From IMG/VR virus record IMGVR_UViG_3300042731_005759, positions 32,001-96,000 of that record: a DNA stretch of 64,000 nt, one strand, 5' to 3'. Origin of the DNA: a virus. The notes under the pieces were generated by a model. It did no database searches, had not been told where the DNA came from, and was given only the letters and a program-made list of their open reading frames with translations. The translations under genes were made by a program, and so were the position numbers. Below are positions 18,797 through 27,218 of the stretch, in pieces (the first letter of the stretch is position 1; every line of letters starts with the position of its first letter).

Positions 18797-20527
18797 TTCC
18801 TTACCGAAACTTTCTGAATATTCACCATCACCCATAACCTGATCGATTATATCCTTTTTCTTTTGTAGGATATTATAAATTGTTTTTTCAATGGTGTTTT
18901 CAAATACAGGGTAGTAAACAAGAACACTATTCTTTTGTCCGTAACGGTATGCTCTATCTTCTGCTTGTGAGTGGTCTGCAGGAACAAAAGACAAATCATT
19001 CATTATAACCGTATCTGCGGAAGTTAATGTAATTCCGACACCCGCCGCTTTAATATTACCAATAAAGATCTTTATTTTACTATCATTTTGAAATCTATCT
19101 ACGGACTGTTGTCTTCTGTCTTTACTCATTCTACCATCTAAGACAACTGATTTCTTCTTGTACTTTTCATGTAACATGTCTAATGACATTGTAAAATTTG
19201 TAAACACAATAACTTTTTTATCTTGTTCTAAAACTCTATCTATAAGTTCACAAGTATGTTCGACTTTTTCTATTGCAATAAGTTGACGTAATTTCATTAA
19301 CCTATTTAGTGTAACGGTAATACTTTCTTTTTCTTTGTTTTCCTCACTAATCCTAAGGAATTCACTTAATTCGTCATCATAGAAAGTATTTTTAAGTTCT
19401 AACCATATCGGTGATACAATTTTCTCAGGTAAATCAAGAATGTCTGTTTTCATTCTTCTTAAGACCACCGCTTTTGTTTGGTCTCTTAATTCATCAAGAT
19501 TACTTGCACCACTTGTGTTCCAAACTTTTCTACCACCAACTCTAAATTGATAACCCTTACAGTATCTCATCACATAACTTTTCCAATTCAATGTAAGTGG
19601 TGAATTTACTATTTTAAGTAAATTATAGTAATTGATTGGTCTTGAGGTCATTGGTGTACCTGTTAGTAACCAAACTTTAGGTATTTTCGCGAGTATATCA
19701 TTTAAAAGTTTAGTTCTCTGTGCTTGTGGATTGGATATATAATGTGCCTCATCAATTATTGCAAGATCGAATCCTTCTTTCATTATAATTTTATATGCGT
19801 CACTCTCTTCAGTTTTTTCTGTGGTATGGAAATTCTTTAAAATGTCATAATTGATTATGTAATACTTAAATGTCGACCCCCATTTTTTCCCTTCAACAAT
19901 TAGTGTATAATCATCAGAGTAAAGTTCTATTTCTCTCTGCCAATTAATTTTGAGTGATGCAGGACAGACGATCAATACTTTCTTTGCTTTACTCTCTATA
20001 GATGCAATCACAGTACTTGTTGTTTTACCTAACCCCATGTCGTCGGCTAAAATGTACCTGTCGTTTGCTAATAATTTTTCTATCGCCTCTTTTTGGTGAC
20101 TCATAGGTGGTCTATGATCGTAAGGACTATAATCTATTTCCCTATCTAAAGTTTTTTCCTCTTGTATAATAGATGCTTTAGGTATCCACATCGCAATCGG
20201 TGCCATGTCTTGAGTTAGATTACCCCATATATGAAACGCTTTATCACTCTCACAAAGTAATTTTTCTACCCATAGAGATTCTACAGGTTCCATAAGAAGA
20301 CGATCTTCTTGTATTTTGGAACCAAAAGATTTTGCTATACTAACATTTTTTCTTGCAACCTTAGGTTCAATTTTGTGGTATTTTAAAATATAATCGCATT
20401 GGGCCCTTGACATCTTATAATGTCTGTCTTTGGATTGTCTTTTCTTCCAATCTAAGATTTGATTATTATAACCTTCGTATTCGGTTAAAATCTCTCTTGC
20501 CTCTATTTCGGGTATCTTCTTATCCAT
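18779..20527 (-). CDS. SNF2-family helicase/translocase (HARP/SMARCAL1-like)
   Basis: LADDMGLGKT, DEAH, LTGTP, QAEDRAYRYGQ. Confidence 0.92.
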   Translation of the reverse strand: MDKKIPEIEAREILTEYEGYNNQILDWKKRQSKDRHYKMSRAQCDYILKYHKIEPKVARKNVSIAKSFGSKIQEDRLLMEPVESLWVEKLLCESDKAFHIWGNLTQDMAPIAMWIPKASIIQEEKTLDREIDYSPYDHRPPMSHQKEAIEKLLANDRYILADDMGLGKTTSTVIASIESKAKKVLIVCPASLKINWQREIELYSDDYTLIVEGKKWGSTFKYYIINYDILKNFHTTEKTEESDAYKIIMKEGFDLAIIDEAHYISNPQAQRTKLLNDILAKIPKVWLLTGTPMTSRPINYYNLLKIVNSPLTLNWKSYVMRYCKGYQFRVGGRKVWNTSGASNLDELRDQTKAVVLRRMKTDILDLPEKIVSPIWLELKNTFYDDELSEFLRISEENKEKESITVTLNRLMKLRQLIAIEKVEHTCELIDRVLEQDKKVIVFTNFTMSLDMLHEKYKKKSVVLDGRMSKDRRQQSVDRFQNDSKIKIFIGNIKAAGVGITLTSADTVIMNDLSFVPADHSQAEDRAYRYGQKNSVLVYYPVFENTIEKTIYNILQKKKDIIDQVMGDGEYSESFGKELVRSI

Positions 20528-20584
20528 TATACCTATTATTTTAAATATAAGTAATTCAAACCAATAAATAAACTATTTATGTAT

Positions 20585-21100
20585 ATGAACAAAAAGGTCC
20601 CAATTACAAGAATAAATAAGTTCTTCTCAGGTGATGACTTTGATTTTAATGTATCGGTAGGTCAAGAATACTTACATGGTGATTTAAATATGAAGTTGGT
20701 TCTGTATCGTGTTGATACAGAAAGTACAGATACTGATGCTGTGTATGCCGAGGTTGGGAAAGATCAGATAAAGTTTTATCCACCTATTGAATTTAATGCT
20801 TTAGTAAAAATAGAAGAACCAAAAAACAGTTCATACAATAGTAAGGGACTTGTAAGGTATTTGGAACCAGGTAATTTGACACTACAGGTGTACATAAAAC
20901 ATCTTAGTGATTTAAAAATAGATATAAAATATGGTGATTTTATAGGATATCCTGAGACTGAAGAAAAAACAAGGTACTATACTGTATCGAATGATGGTAA
21001 AGTTACATCAGACAATAAACATAATATGTTTGGGTTTAAACCATATTATAGAACCATAACTTGTGTACCCGCACAAGAAGCGGAATTTAGAGGAATATAA
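20585..21100 (+). CDS. Putative neck/head-closure protein (gp14-like); start revised to ATG 20585
   Basis: LY-x-VD...D-x-VY-x-E...F-x-P-P-x-E and GD-F-I pattern; lies before the tail terminator and sheath genes. Confidence 0.55.
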   Translation: MNKKVPITRINKFFSGDDFDFNVSVGQEYLHGDLNMKLVLYRVDTESTDTDAVYAEVGKDQIKFYPPIEFNALVKIEEPKNSSYNSKGLVRYLEPGNLTLQVYIKHLSDLKIDIKYGDFIGYPETEEKTRYYTVSNDGKVTSDNKHNMFGFKPYYRTITCVPAQEAEFRGI

Positions 21101-22335
21101 TGGCAATACCGAAAAGAAAAAATGATATCAGTGTTTATCAAGGAAAAGAATTGGTAGAAAGAAGACAGGAGTTATTGGACAAGATAACAAAGTCAGATTC
21201 TTTTTTACCCGATTCCGTTTTACATGATGATTTGGATTTGGGTATGTTAGATTTTGTAAAAGATAATTTCAAAATAAATTCTGACGGTTCGGTTGTCCCT
21301 ATTATCCCAAAAATTTTAACCATTCAGAGATGGGGTGAGTTCACAAATACGTGGAATTTTGCGGATTTAGATGGTAACCCAAGTTTACCTTTCATCGCAG
21401 TGATTAGAAGACCCGATGTTCAACCAGGTACTAATCCAAGTTTACAGAGAACCATACCCGATCGTCAACAATTTTACTACGCTTCAGTACCAAAATGGGA
21501 TGGGACACAAATGGGTGCTGATGTATATAAAATACCACAACCTGTTGCCGTTGATATTACTTATGAAGTTACTATTGTTTGTACAAAATTTAGAGATCTT
21601 AATAAATTTAATAAAATTGTTCTACAAAAATTCTCTTCTCGTCAGGCTTACACTACAGTAAAAGGACATTACGTACCAATTGTTTTAGACACCATCGCAG
21701 ATAATACTCCTGTTGAGTTAGATTCGAGAAGGTTCTATCTACAAAACTACACTTTCACCCTACTTGGGTATATCATAGACGATGAAGAGTTTGAAGTTAA
21801 ACCCGCACTTAGTAGATTGTTCTTAATGAATGAATTTATACAAAGTAATAACTTTGAAAAGAAGTACATTAATAAAAATTTAGATATTACCGTTGCAACC
21901 TTTACCGCGGACGGTTTACAGACCGCATTTAGTGTAGGGGAAACTATTGGTATTTTATTTACTGTTGCGGTTAATGGTTTATTACAGGTCAAAGACGAAG
22001 ACTTTTATCACGTCGCTCTTACATCCAAAATTACATTTGTCGAACCTCCTCGTGAGGGTGCACAAATAACCATCACATATTATAGAGGAAAAAATAATAT
22101 CTTCATTGATGGGTCAGGAAATGCAAAACAAGTAACTACAGAATACTTTAATTACACTGTGGGTGGAACATTAAGTTTTACCACACTAAATAATATAGAC
22201 AGTGTTATAAGTTTAGATGTGAACGGTCTTCAACAAGAGGAAGGACAAGGTTTTAATATTACAGATTCCACAACAGTTACATTATCGGGCGCACCACTCT
22301 ATGATTCTACTGTTGGTGTAACTTATCTTTTTTAA
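21100..22335 (+). CDS. Putative tail terminator/sheath stabiliser (gp15-like) with two C-terminal beta repeats
   Basis: LPFIAV-x-R, P-x-A-V-D-I-T-Y-E-V-T-I; two VNGL-x-Q repeats; synteny. Confidence 0.6.
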   Translation: MAIPKRKNDISVYQGKELVERRQELLDKITKSDSFLPDSVLHDDLDLGMLDFVKDNFKINSDGSVVPIIPKILTIQRWGEFTNTWNFADLDGNPSLPFIAVIRRPDVQPGTNPSLQRTIPDRQQFYYASVPKWDGTQMGADVYKIPQPVAVDITYEVTIVCTKFRDLNKFNKIVLQKFSSRQAYTTVKGHYVPIVLDTIADNTPVELDSRRFYLQNYTFTLLGYIIDDEEFEVKPALSRLFLMNEFIQSNNFEKKYINKNLDITVATFTADGLQTAFSVGETIGILFTVAVNGLLQVKDEDFYHVALTSKITFVEPPREGAQITITYYRGKNNIFIDGSGNAKQVTTEYFNYTVGGTLSFTTLNNIDSVISLDVNGLQQEEGQGFNITDSTTVTLSGAPLYDSTVGVTYLF

Positions 22336-22337
22336 AA

Positions 22338-22496
22338 TTATTCCGAGTAGAGACCTTTTTCACGGTCTTTACAGTACTGATCGATCCATTTTTCAACTAC
22401 ACGGTAGATTTTTAGACCGTTCTTATCACAGTACTTTTTGAGTCTATCGTGGTGTACATCACTTATTTTAAGGTTTTTTGTTTTTCTGACACTCAT
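22338..22496 (-). CDS. 52-aa ribbon-helix-helix-like DNA-binding protein (not in ORF track)
   Basis: MSVRKTKNLKISDVHHDRLKKYCDKNGLKIYRVVEKWIDQYCKDREKGLYSE: strand-helix-G-helix pattern; TATTTAT 4 nt upstream. Confidence 0.7.
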   Translation of the reverse strand: MSVRKTKNLKISDVHHDRLKKYCDKNGLKIYRVVEKWIDQYCKDREKGLYSE

Positions 22497-22617
22497 AAAG
22501 ATAAATATAGATAAAAAAATATCTTTAAATATCCCAAAATAGAAAACTTGGTAAATCTTTCAGAAAATTAAAGATATTTATAGTAAGAACAATAAAAAAT
22601 TTATAACAAAGTAATCA

Positions 22618-25437
22618 ATGGCAAATTCAAACAGAGTATTCGTTTCTCCAGGTGTTTATACATCGGAGAAGGATTTAACGTTCGTAGCTCAGAGTGTGGG
22701 TGTAACCACATTGGGTTTAGCGGGTGAGACAATACAAGGTCCCGCGTTTGAACCTATACTAATAAGAAATTTCGATGAATTCAAAACATATTTTGGACCT
22801 ACTTCCCCGACTAAGTTTTCAGATGGTAATCCAAAATACGAATTAGGTTATGTGGCAAAATCATACCTACAAGAATCAAATCAACTTTTCGTTACGAGGG
22901 TTTTAGGTAAAACGGGATACAAGACAACAAAAACATTCGCAATAAAAACATTGGGTGGTGTCACTGTCGATACATCTTCTTCAAATTCAACAGTAGATAG
23001 TTTATCAGGTACAACCACTTCAATCGCAACATCAGCGTTTATTGCAGACTTATCAGGTAAAACAGCAACTGACGGAAGTTCTGTTCCTGATTTCATTAAT
23101 GATATTACAACGGCGGTAGATGGAACTTGGTGTACTTTAGGTCATGTAGACTCGGGTAACACGGCAAGTTTAGACAGTTCACTTGAGGTGGCAGGTCCTA
23201 TTGGTACTAATAGTAATAATAATTGGTATAACGTTTATCACAAGGTAAATGGTTTAGGTGAGATTGATGGTGTTTACTCATATCTATTTGTTTATAGTGG
23301 GGCAAACACAGGATGGACAATCACACAATTTGAATATAGTGCATCAGTTAACAGTGATTACGATGGTATTGTAGCGGCGGCATTTAGATCAAGAGGTGGT
23401 TATGACGGTGAGTCTTTAGAATTAGAGATTACTGCGAACACAGGTTTTACAGTTGCATCTACAGAAGCACAGACAGATCCATTAGGTGAATTTAGAATCA
23501 CTGCGGTTGGATCTACAAGTGGGTCTAAGACATTTGACTGTAATTTAGATACTGCTTCAACAAAATATATTGATAAAGTATTGGGTAGAGGTGTCTTTGA
23601 TAAAAATAGACAAGATTTCCCTGTATACGTTTTTGAAAGTTACCCTAACTTAATTAAGACTTTAAAATCAAAAGGTCTTATCAGAGGTTTAGACATTGAT
23701 AATGTTGTTTATCACAACGTATCAAATGATTTCGTTACACAATGGGATACCCCTTCTTCACCAACAGTAGTTTCTGAGGTTCGAGGTGGATCAGTATCTG
23801 ACTTATTTAGTGTAATCAGTATTTCTGATGGTAACATGGCAAACAAACAAATTAAAGTTCAAATTCAAAATATTGATATTGATAGTGGAGAATTTGATTT
23901 AATTATTAGAGATTTCAATGACACTGACGACAATGTAAGTGTATTAGAGAAATTCTCAAGATGTTCTATGAACCCTGATTTACCAGGTTATATTGGTAGA
24001 AAAGTAGGTACATCAGACGGTGAATATGAATTAAGATCTAAATACATAATGTTAAACTTAGCGGAGGATCATCCTGTAGATGCGTTCCCTGCAGGTTTCA
24101 AAGGTTTTGTATCTGATGTACTTGGATCAAGTAATTCTAAAATTGGTAATGTAATATTCAAAACACAATATTACGATGCGGGAGATACCATCGGTTATAC
24201 TGCAACAGGTGAACCTGAATTAACAAATGGAGACAAAGTTCGTAAAGTAACTTTAGGTTTATCAAGTCAAGCGGGTATCGATGCGGATTTATTCTCATAT
24301 AAAGGTACAGGGGCGGCAACCACTACACATGGTTTCCACTTATCAACCAACGCATCAGGAATCTCAGGTTATAAGACAACATCTTATGATTTAGAAGGTG
24401 TTAATAAAGGAAAATTAGAAAGTAAAACATTTAGAAAATTCACTTTCACGGTTTGTGGTGGATTTGATGGATGGGATATCTATAGAGGAACAAGAACTAA
24501 TGGAGATGGATATATCTTCGGTAAGAACACTTATGTAAGTGGACACACAACAAATGGTGGTGTATTCAGTTCTTCAGTAGGAAATTCTGATTACTACGCA
24601 TACTTAGAGGGTATTGAGACATTCTCTAACCCTGAGTCAGTAGACATTAACATTTTCGCAACACCAGGTATCAACTTCTATGGACACAGTTCATTAACTA
24701 ATCAGGCGATCGATATGATTGAGGACAATAGAGCGGATTCATTATATATCGTAAACGCACCTAACACTGATAATGTTGATGAAATCATTGACCAATTAGA
24801 CACAGTTGATTTAGATACTAACTATACGGCAACTTATTGGCCATGGATTCAGGTAAGAGACGGAGACAATGCAACACAATTATTTATTCCACCAACAGGT
24901 GAGGTAGTTAAGAATATTGCGTTGACAGATAACGTATCTTATCCATGGTTCGCAGTAGCGGGTTACCAAAGAGGTTTAGTAAACGCAATCAAAGCGAGAA
25001 AGAAATTAACTTTAGATAACAGAGACGACTTGTACAAAGCAAGAATTAACCCAATCGCAACATTCTCAGATACGGGAACTATTATTTGGGGTAACAAAAC
25101 TTTACAAGTTAGAGAATCTGCACTTGATAGAATCAACGTAAGAAGATTATTATTAAGAGCGAGAAAATTAATCTCGGCAGTCGCAGTAAGATTGTTATTT
25201 GAACAAAATGACGAACAAGTAAGAAATGAGTTCTTAAGATTAGTTAATCCTATTCTTGAATCAATTAAGAAAGAAAGAGGATTATATGAATTTAGAGTTG
25301 TTGTGTCAAACGACCCTGAAGACATTGATGCTAACACACTTAGAGGTAAGATTTATATCAAACCAACAAGATCGTTAGAATTCATTGACGTAGAATTCTT
25401 GATTACTCCAACAGGGGCATCATTCGAGAATATCTAA
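22618..25437 (+). CDS. Contractile tail sheath protein
   Basis: SPGVYTSEKD, YTATYWPW, PWFAVAG..RG, INPI..F..G..IWGNKT, RINVRRLL, IKPTRSLEFI. Confidence 0.95.
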   Translation: MANSNRVFVSPGVYTSEKDLTFVAQSVGVTTLGLAGETIQGPAFEPILIRNFDEFKTYFGPTSPTKFSDGNPKYELGYVAKSYLQESNQLFVTRVLGKTGYKTTKTFAIKTLGGVTVDTSSSNSTVDSLSGTTTSIATSAFIADLSGKTATDGSSVPDFINDITTAVDGTWCTLGHVDSGNTASLDSSLEVAGPIGTNSNNNWYNVYHKVNGLGEIDGVYSYLFVYSGANTGWTITQFEYSASVNSDYDGIVAAAFRSRGGYDGESLELEITANTGFTVASTEAQTDPLGEFRITAVGSTSGSKTFDCNLDTASTKYIDKVLGRGVFDKNRQDFPVYVFESYPNLIKTLKSKGLIRGLDIDNVVYHNVSNDFVTQWDTPSSPTVVSEVRGGSVSDLFSVISISDGNMANKQIKVQIQNIDIDSGEFDLIIRDFNDTDDNVSVLEKFSRCSMNPDLPGYIGRKVGTSDGEYELRSKYIMLNLAEDHPVDAFPAGFKGFVSDVLGSSNSKIGNVIFKTQYYDAGDTIGYTATGEPELTNGDKVRKVTLGLSSQAGIDADLFSYKGTGAATTTHGFHLSTNASGISGYKTTSYDLEGVNKGKLESKTFRKFTFTVCGGFDGWDIYRGTRTNGDGYIFGKNTYVSGHTTNGGVFSSSVGNSDYYAYLEGIETFSNPESVDINIFATPGINFYGHSSLTNQAIDMIEDNRADSLYIVNAPNTDNVDEIIDQLDTVDLDTNYTATYWPWIQVRDGDNATQLFIPPTGEVVKNIALTDNVSYPWFAVAGYQRGLVNAIKARKKLTLDNRDDLYKARINPIATFSDTGTIIWGNKTLQVRESALDRINVRRLLLRARKLISAVAVRLLFEQNDEQVRNEFLRLVNPILESIKKERGLYEFRVVVSNDPEDIDANTLRGKIYIKPTRSLEFIDVEFLITPTGASFENI

Positions 25438-25445
25438 TAGGAAAT

Positions 25446-25485
25446 AAAAAAGGAAAGGGAGAGTCAAACGACCCTCCCCTACCTT
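25446..25485 (-). terminator. Intrinsic terminator on the minus strand
   Basis: AGGGGAGGGUC-GUUU-GACUCUCCCUU pairs fully (two G-U) only on the minus strand and is followed by a U tract. Confidence 0.7.
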
Positions 25486-25588
25486 AAAGTAAAAATTGAG
25501 ATGACACCCAGTATTATACTGGTTATTTTTACTAGTTTTAATTATTATCTAAATATTAGTTATTAATCTTTACTAGTATTTACTGGGT
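25446..25588 (-). ncRNA. Candidate ~140-nt small RNA between the sheath and tube genes
   Basis: TTGACA-N17-TATTTT at 25623-25595, an 8-bp closing stem, a strand-specific terminator and no ORF. Confidence 0.45.
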
Positions 25589-25712
25589 AATAAAAAAATA
25601 AGTAAAAAATTTGACATTGTCAACCCAATTGGAACTAAAAACAAAAAATATTTCGAGAAGAGATATATTTATAATAAAGATAATAAAAGAAAACTAATTT
25701 AAAGACACAGAT

Positions 25713-26201
25713 ATGGCGGATTTATTAATGAAAATGCCCGTTCCTTATGAACCAAAAAGAGTTAACCGATTTATCGTTAGGTTTCCTTCTTCATTAGGTA
25801 TTAACGAATGGTTTGTTACTTCGGCGGCAAGACCAAGTGCAAAAATCAACTCGACTGAGATTCCGTTCCTCAATACTTCAACTTATGTTGCAGGTAGATT
25901 CGTATGGAATGAATTAAGAGTCACATTTAAGGACCCAATTGGACCTTCAGCGTCACAAGCATTGATGGAATGGTTCAGATTACACGCAGAGTCAGTAACA
26001 GGTAGAATGGGTTACGCTGCAGGATATAAGAAAGATATCGAATTAGAGATGTTAGACCCAACAGGAGTTGTGGTAGAGAAATGGATCCTACAAGGTACAT
26101 TTATCACAGACCTTAACTTCAATGAGTTAGACTACAACAACGATGCACTAGCCACTATCACATGTTCATTGAGAATGGATAGATGTATCCAAGTATATTA
26201 A
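25713..26201 (+). CDS. Tail tube protein (T4 gp19-like)
   Basis: EPKR.NRF, AGR..W..L.VTF.D, W.R...G...YKKDI.L.MLDP.G..VEKW.L.G.F. Confidence 0.9.
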   Translation: MADLLMKMPVPYEPKRVNRFIVRFPSSLGINEWFVTSAARPSAKINSTEIPFLNTSTYVAGRFVWNELRVTFKDPIGPSASQALMEWFRLHAESVTGRMGYAAGYKKDIELEMLDPTGVVVEKWILQGTFITDLNFNELDYNNDALATITCSLRMDRCIQVY

Positions 26202-26226
26202 TAAAATCTGTCGAAATATTAGAAAA

Positions 26227-26256
26227 GAGGGGAATTTGTATAGTTTCCCTTTTTTT
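26227..26256 (+). terminator. Intrinsic terminator after the tail tube gene
   Basis: GGGGAA...UUUCCC stem followed by a U run. Confidence 0.55.
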
Positions 26257-26314
26257 ATGCAAAAACTTTACTTTCAGTTATTTATTAGTTACATTTTAAT
26301 AGAATAATATACGT

Positions 26315-27073
26315 ATGGAAAATCAAAGTAATATTGCAATAGACCCAACAATATCTTATGATGTAGTTGAATTACCAAGTAGAGGTATCTATTACCCTAA
26401 TGGTACAAAATCAGTAAAAGTCGCATACCTAACTGCGGCGGATGAGAATATACTATCATCTGCAAACTTAGTTGCGTCGGGTAAAGTTATTACAGAACTA
26501 CTAAGAAGAAAGGTACTTACAAAAGATATTGCACCTGAGGATTTGGTTCTTGAGGACCAACAAGCAATCCTTATCTTTTTAAGAAACACTGCATTTGGGA
26601 GTGAATTAAAACTTAAACTAAAAGACCCACAAACAAATGAAGACTTTGAACATACTGTCGATCTATCTGAACTAAGTTATAAAGAGTTCGATCTAAAACC
26701 TGATGAGAATGGTGAATATCCATATCACATGGAAAAATCGAATGTAGACATTACATTTACCTTTCTTACTAAATCTGACGAAGAAGAGTTATCTAACATC
26801 GAAAAAAGTTGGAACGGTATTGGAACCGCACCTATTATCACAAAACGATTAGAAAAAACAATCCAATCGATTGCAGGTAATAAAGACCCAATGAATAAAA
26901 GAAACTTCATAGAAAGATTACCTATTATAGATTCACAAAAATTTAGGAAATATTATAATGAAGTCAAACCAGGTGTCGACTTAAGACACCAAGTAATCGC
27001 CCCATCAGGAGAAAAAGTCAGGTTTAGTATCGACTTTGGGGTGGAGTTTTTTCGTCCTTTCTACGGAATATAG
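26315..27073 (+). CDS. Tail assembly chaperone / T4 gp26-like hub assembly protein
   Basis: V-x-LPS-x-G-x-x-Y, LTAADE-x-IL, D...IL-x-x-LR..FG, C-terminal EFF-x-P; lies between tube and tape measure. Confidence 0.7.
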   Translation: MENQSNIAIDPTISYDVVELPSRGIYYPNGTKSVKVAYLTAADENILSSANLVASGKVITELLRRKVLTKDIAPEDLVLEDQQAILIFLRNTAFGSELKLKLKDPQTNEDFEHTVDLSELSYKEFDLKPDENGEYPYHMEKSNVDITFTFLTKSDEEELSNIEKSWNGIGTAPIITKRLEKTIQSIAGNKDPMNKRNFIERLPIIDSQKFRKYYNEVKPGVDLRHQVIAPSGEKVRFSIDFGVEFFRPFYGI

Positions 27074-27206
27074 ACAAAATCAACTAACAGAAATACTTTT
27101 CCTTATCAGAAGAGGGTTCACTCATCGTGATATTCTCGAAATGCCCATTTATTTGAGAAAATACTACGTCGAACGACTTGTAGAAGTCGAAAAAAAGAAC
27201 GACTAA
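27048..27206 (+). CDS. Putative frameshift extension of the chaperone (+1 frame, gpGT-like)
   Basis: Open +1 frame FFVLSTEYRQNQLTEILFLIRRGFTHRDILEMPIYLRKYYVERLVEVEKKND fills the gap to the tape measure gene; first ATG only at 27141; slippery TTT TTT CGT at 27047-27055. Confidence 0.6.
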   Translation, partial: FFVLSTEYRQNQLTEILFLIRRGFTHRDILEMPIYLRKYYVERLVEVEKKND

Positions 27207-27218
27207 GTATTTATCAGT

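Noticed and set aside
26972-26990. GGTGTC/GACACC hairpin upstream of the proposed frameshift site
   Set aside because: Only 6 bp and about 57 nt upstream; no support for a stimulatory role.
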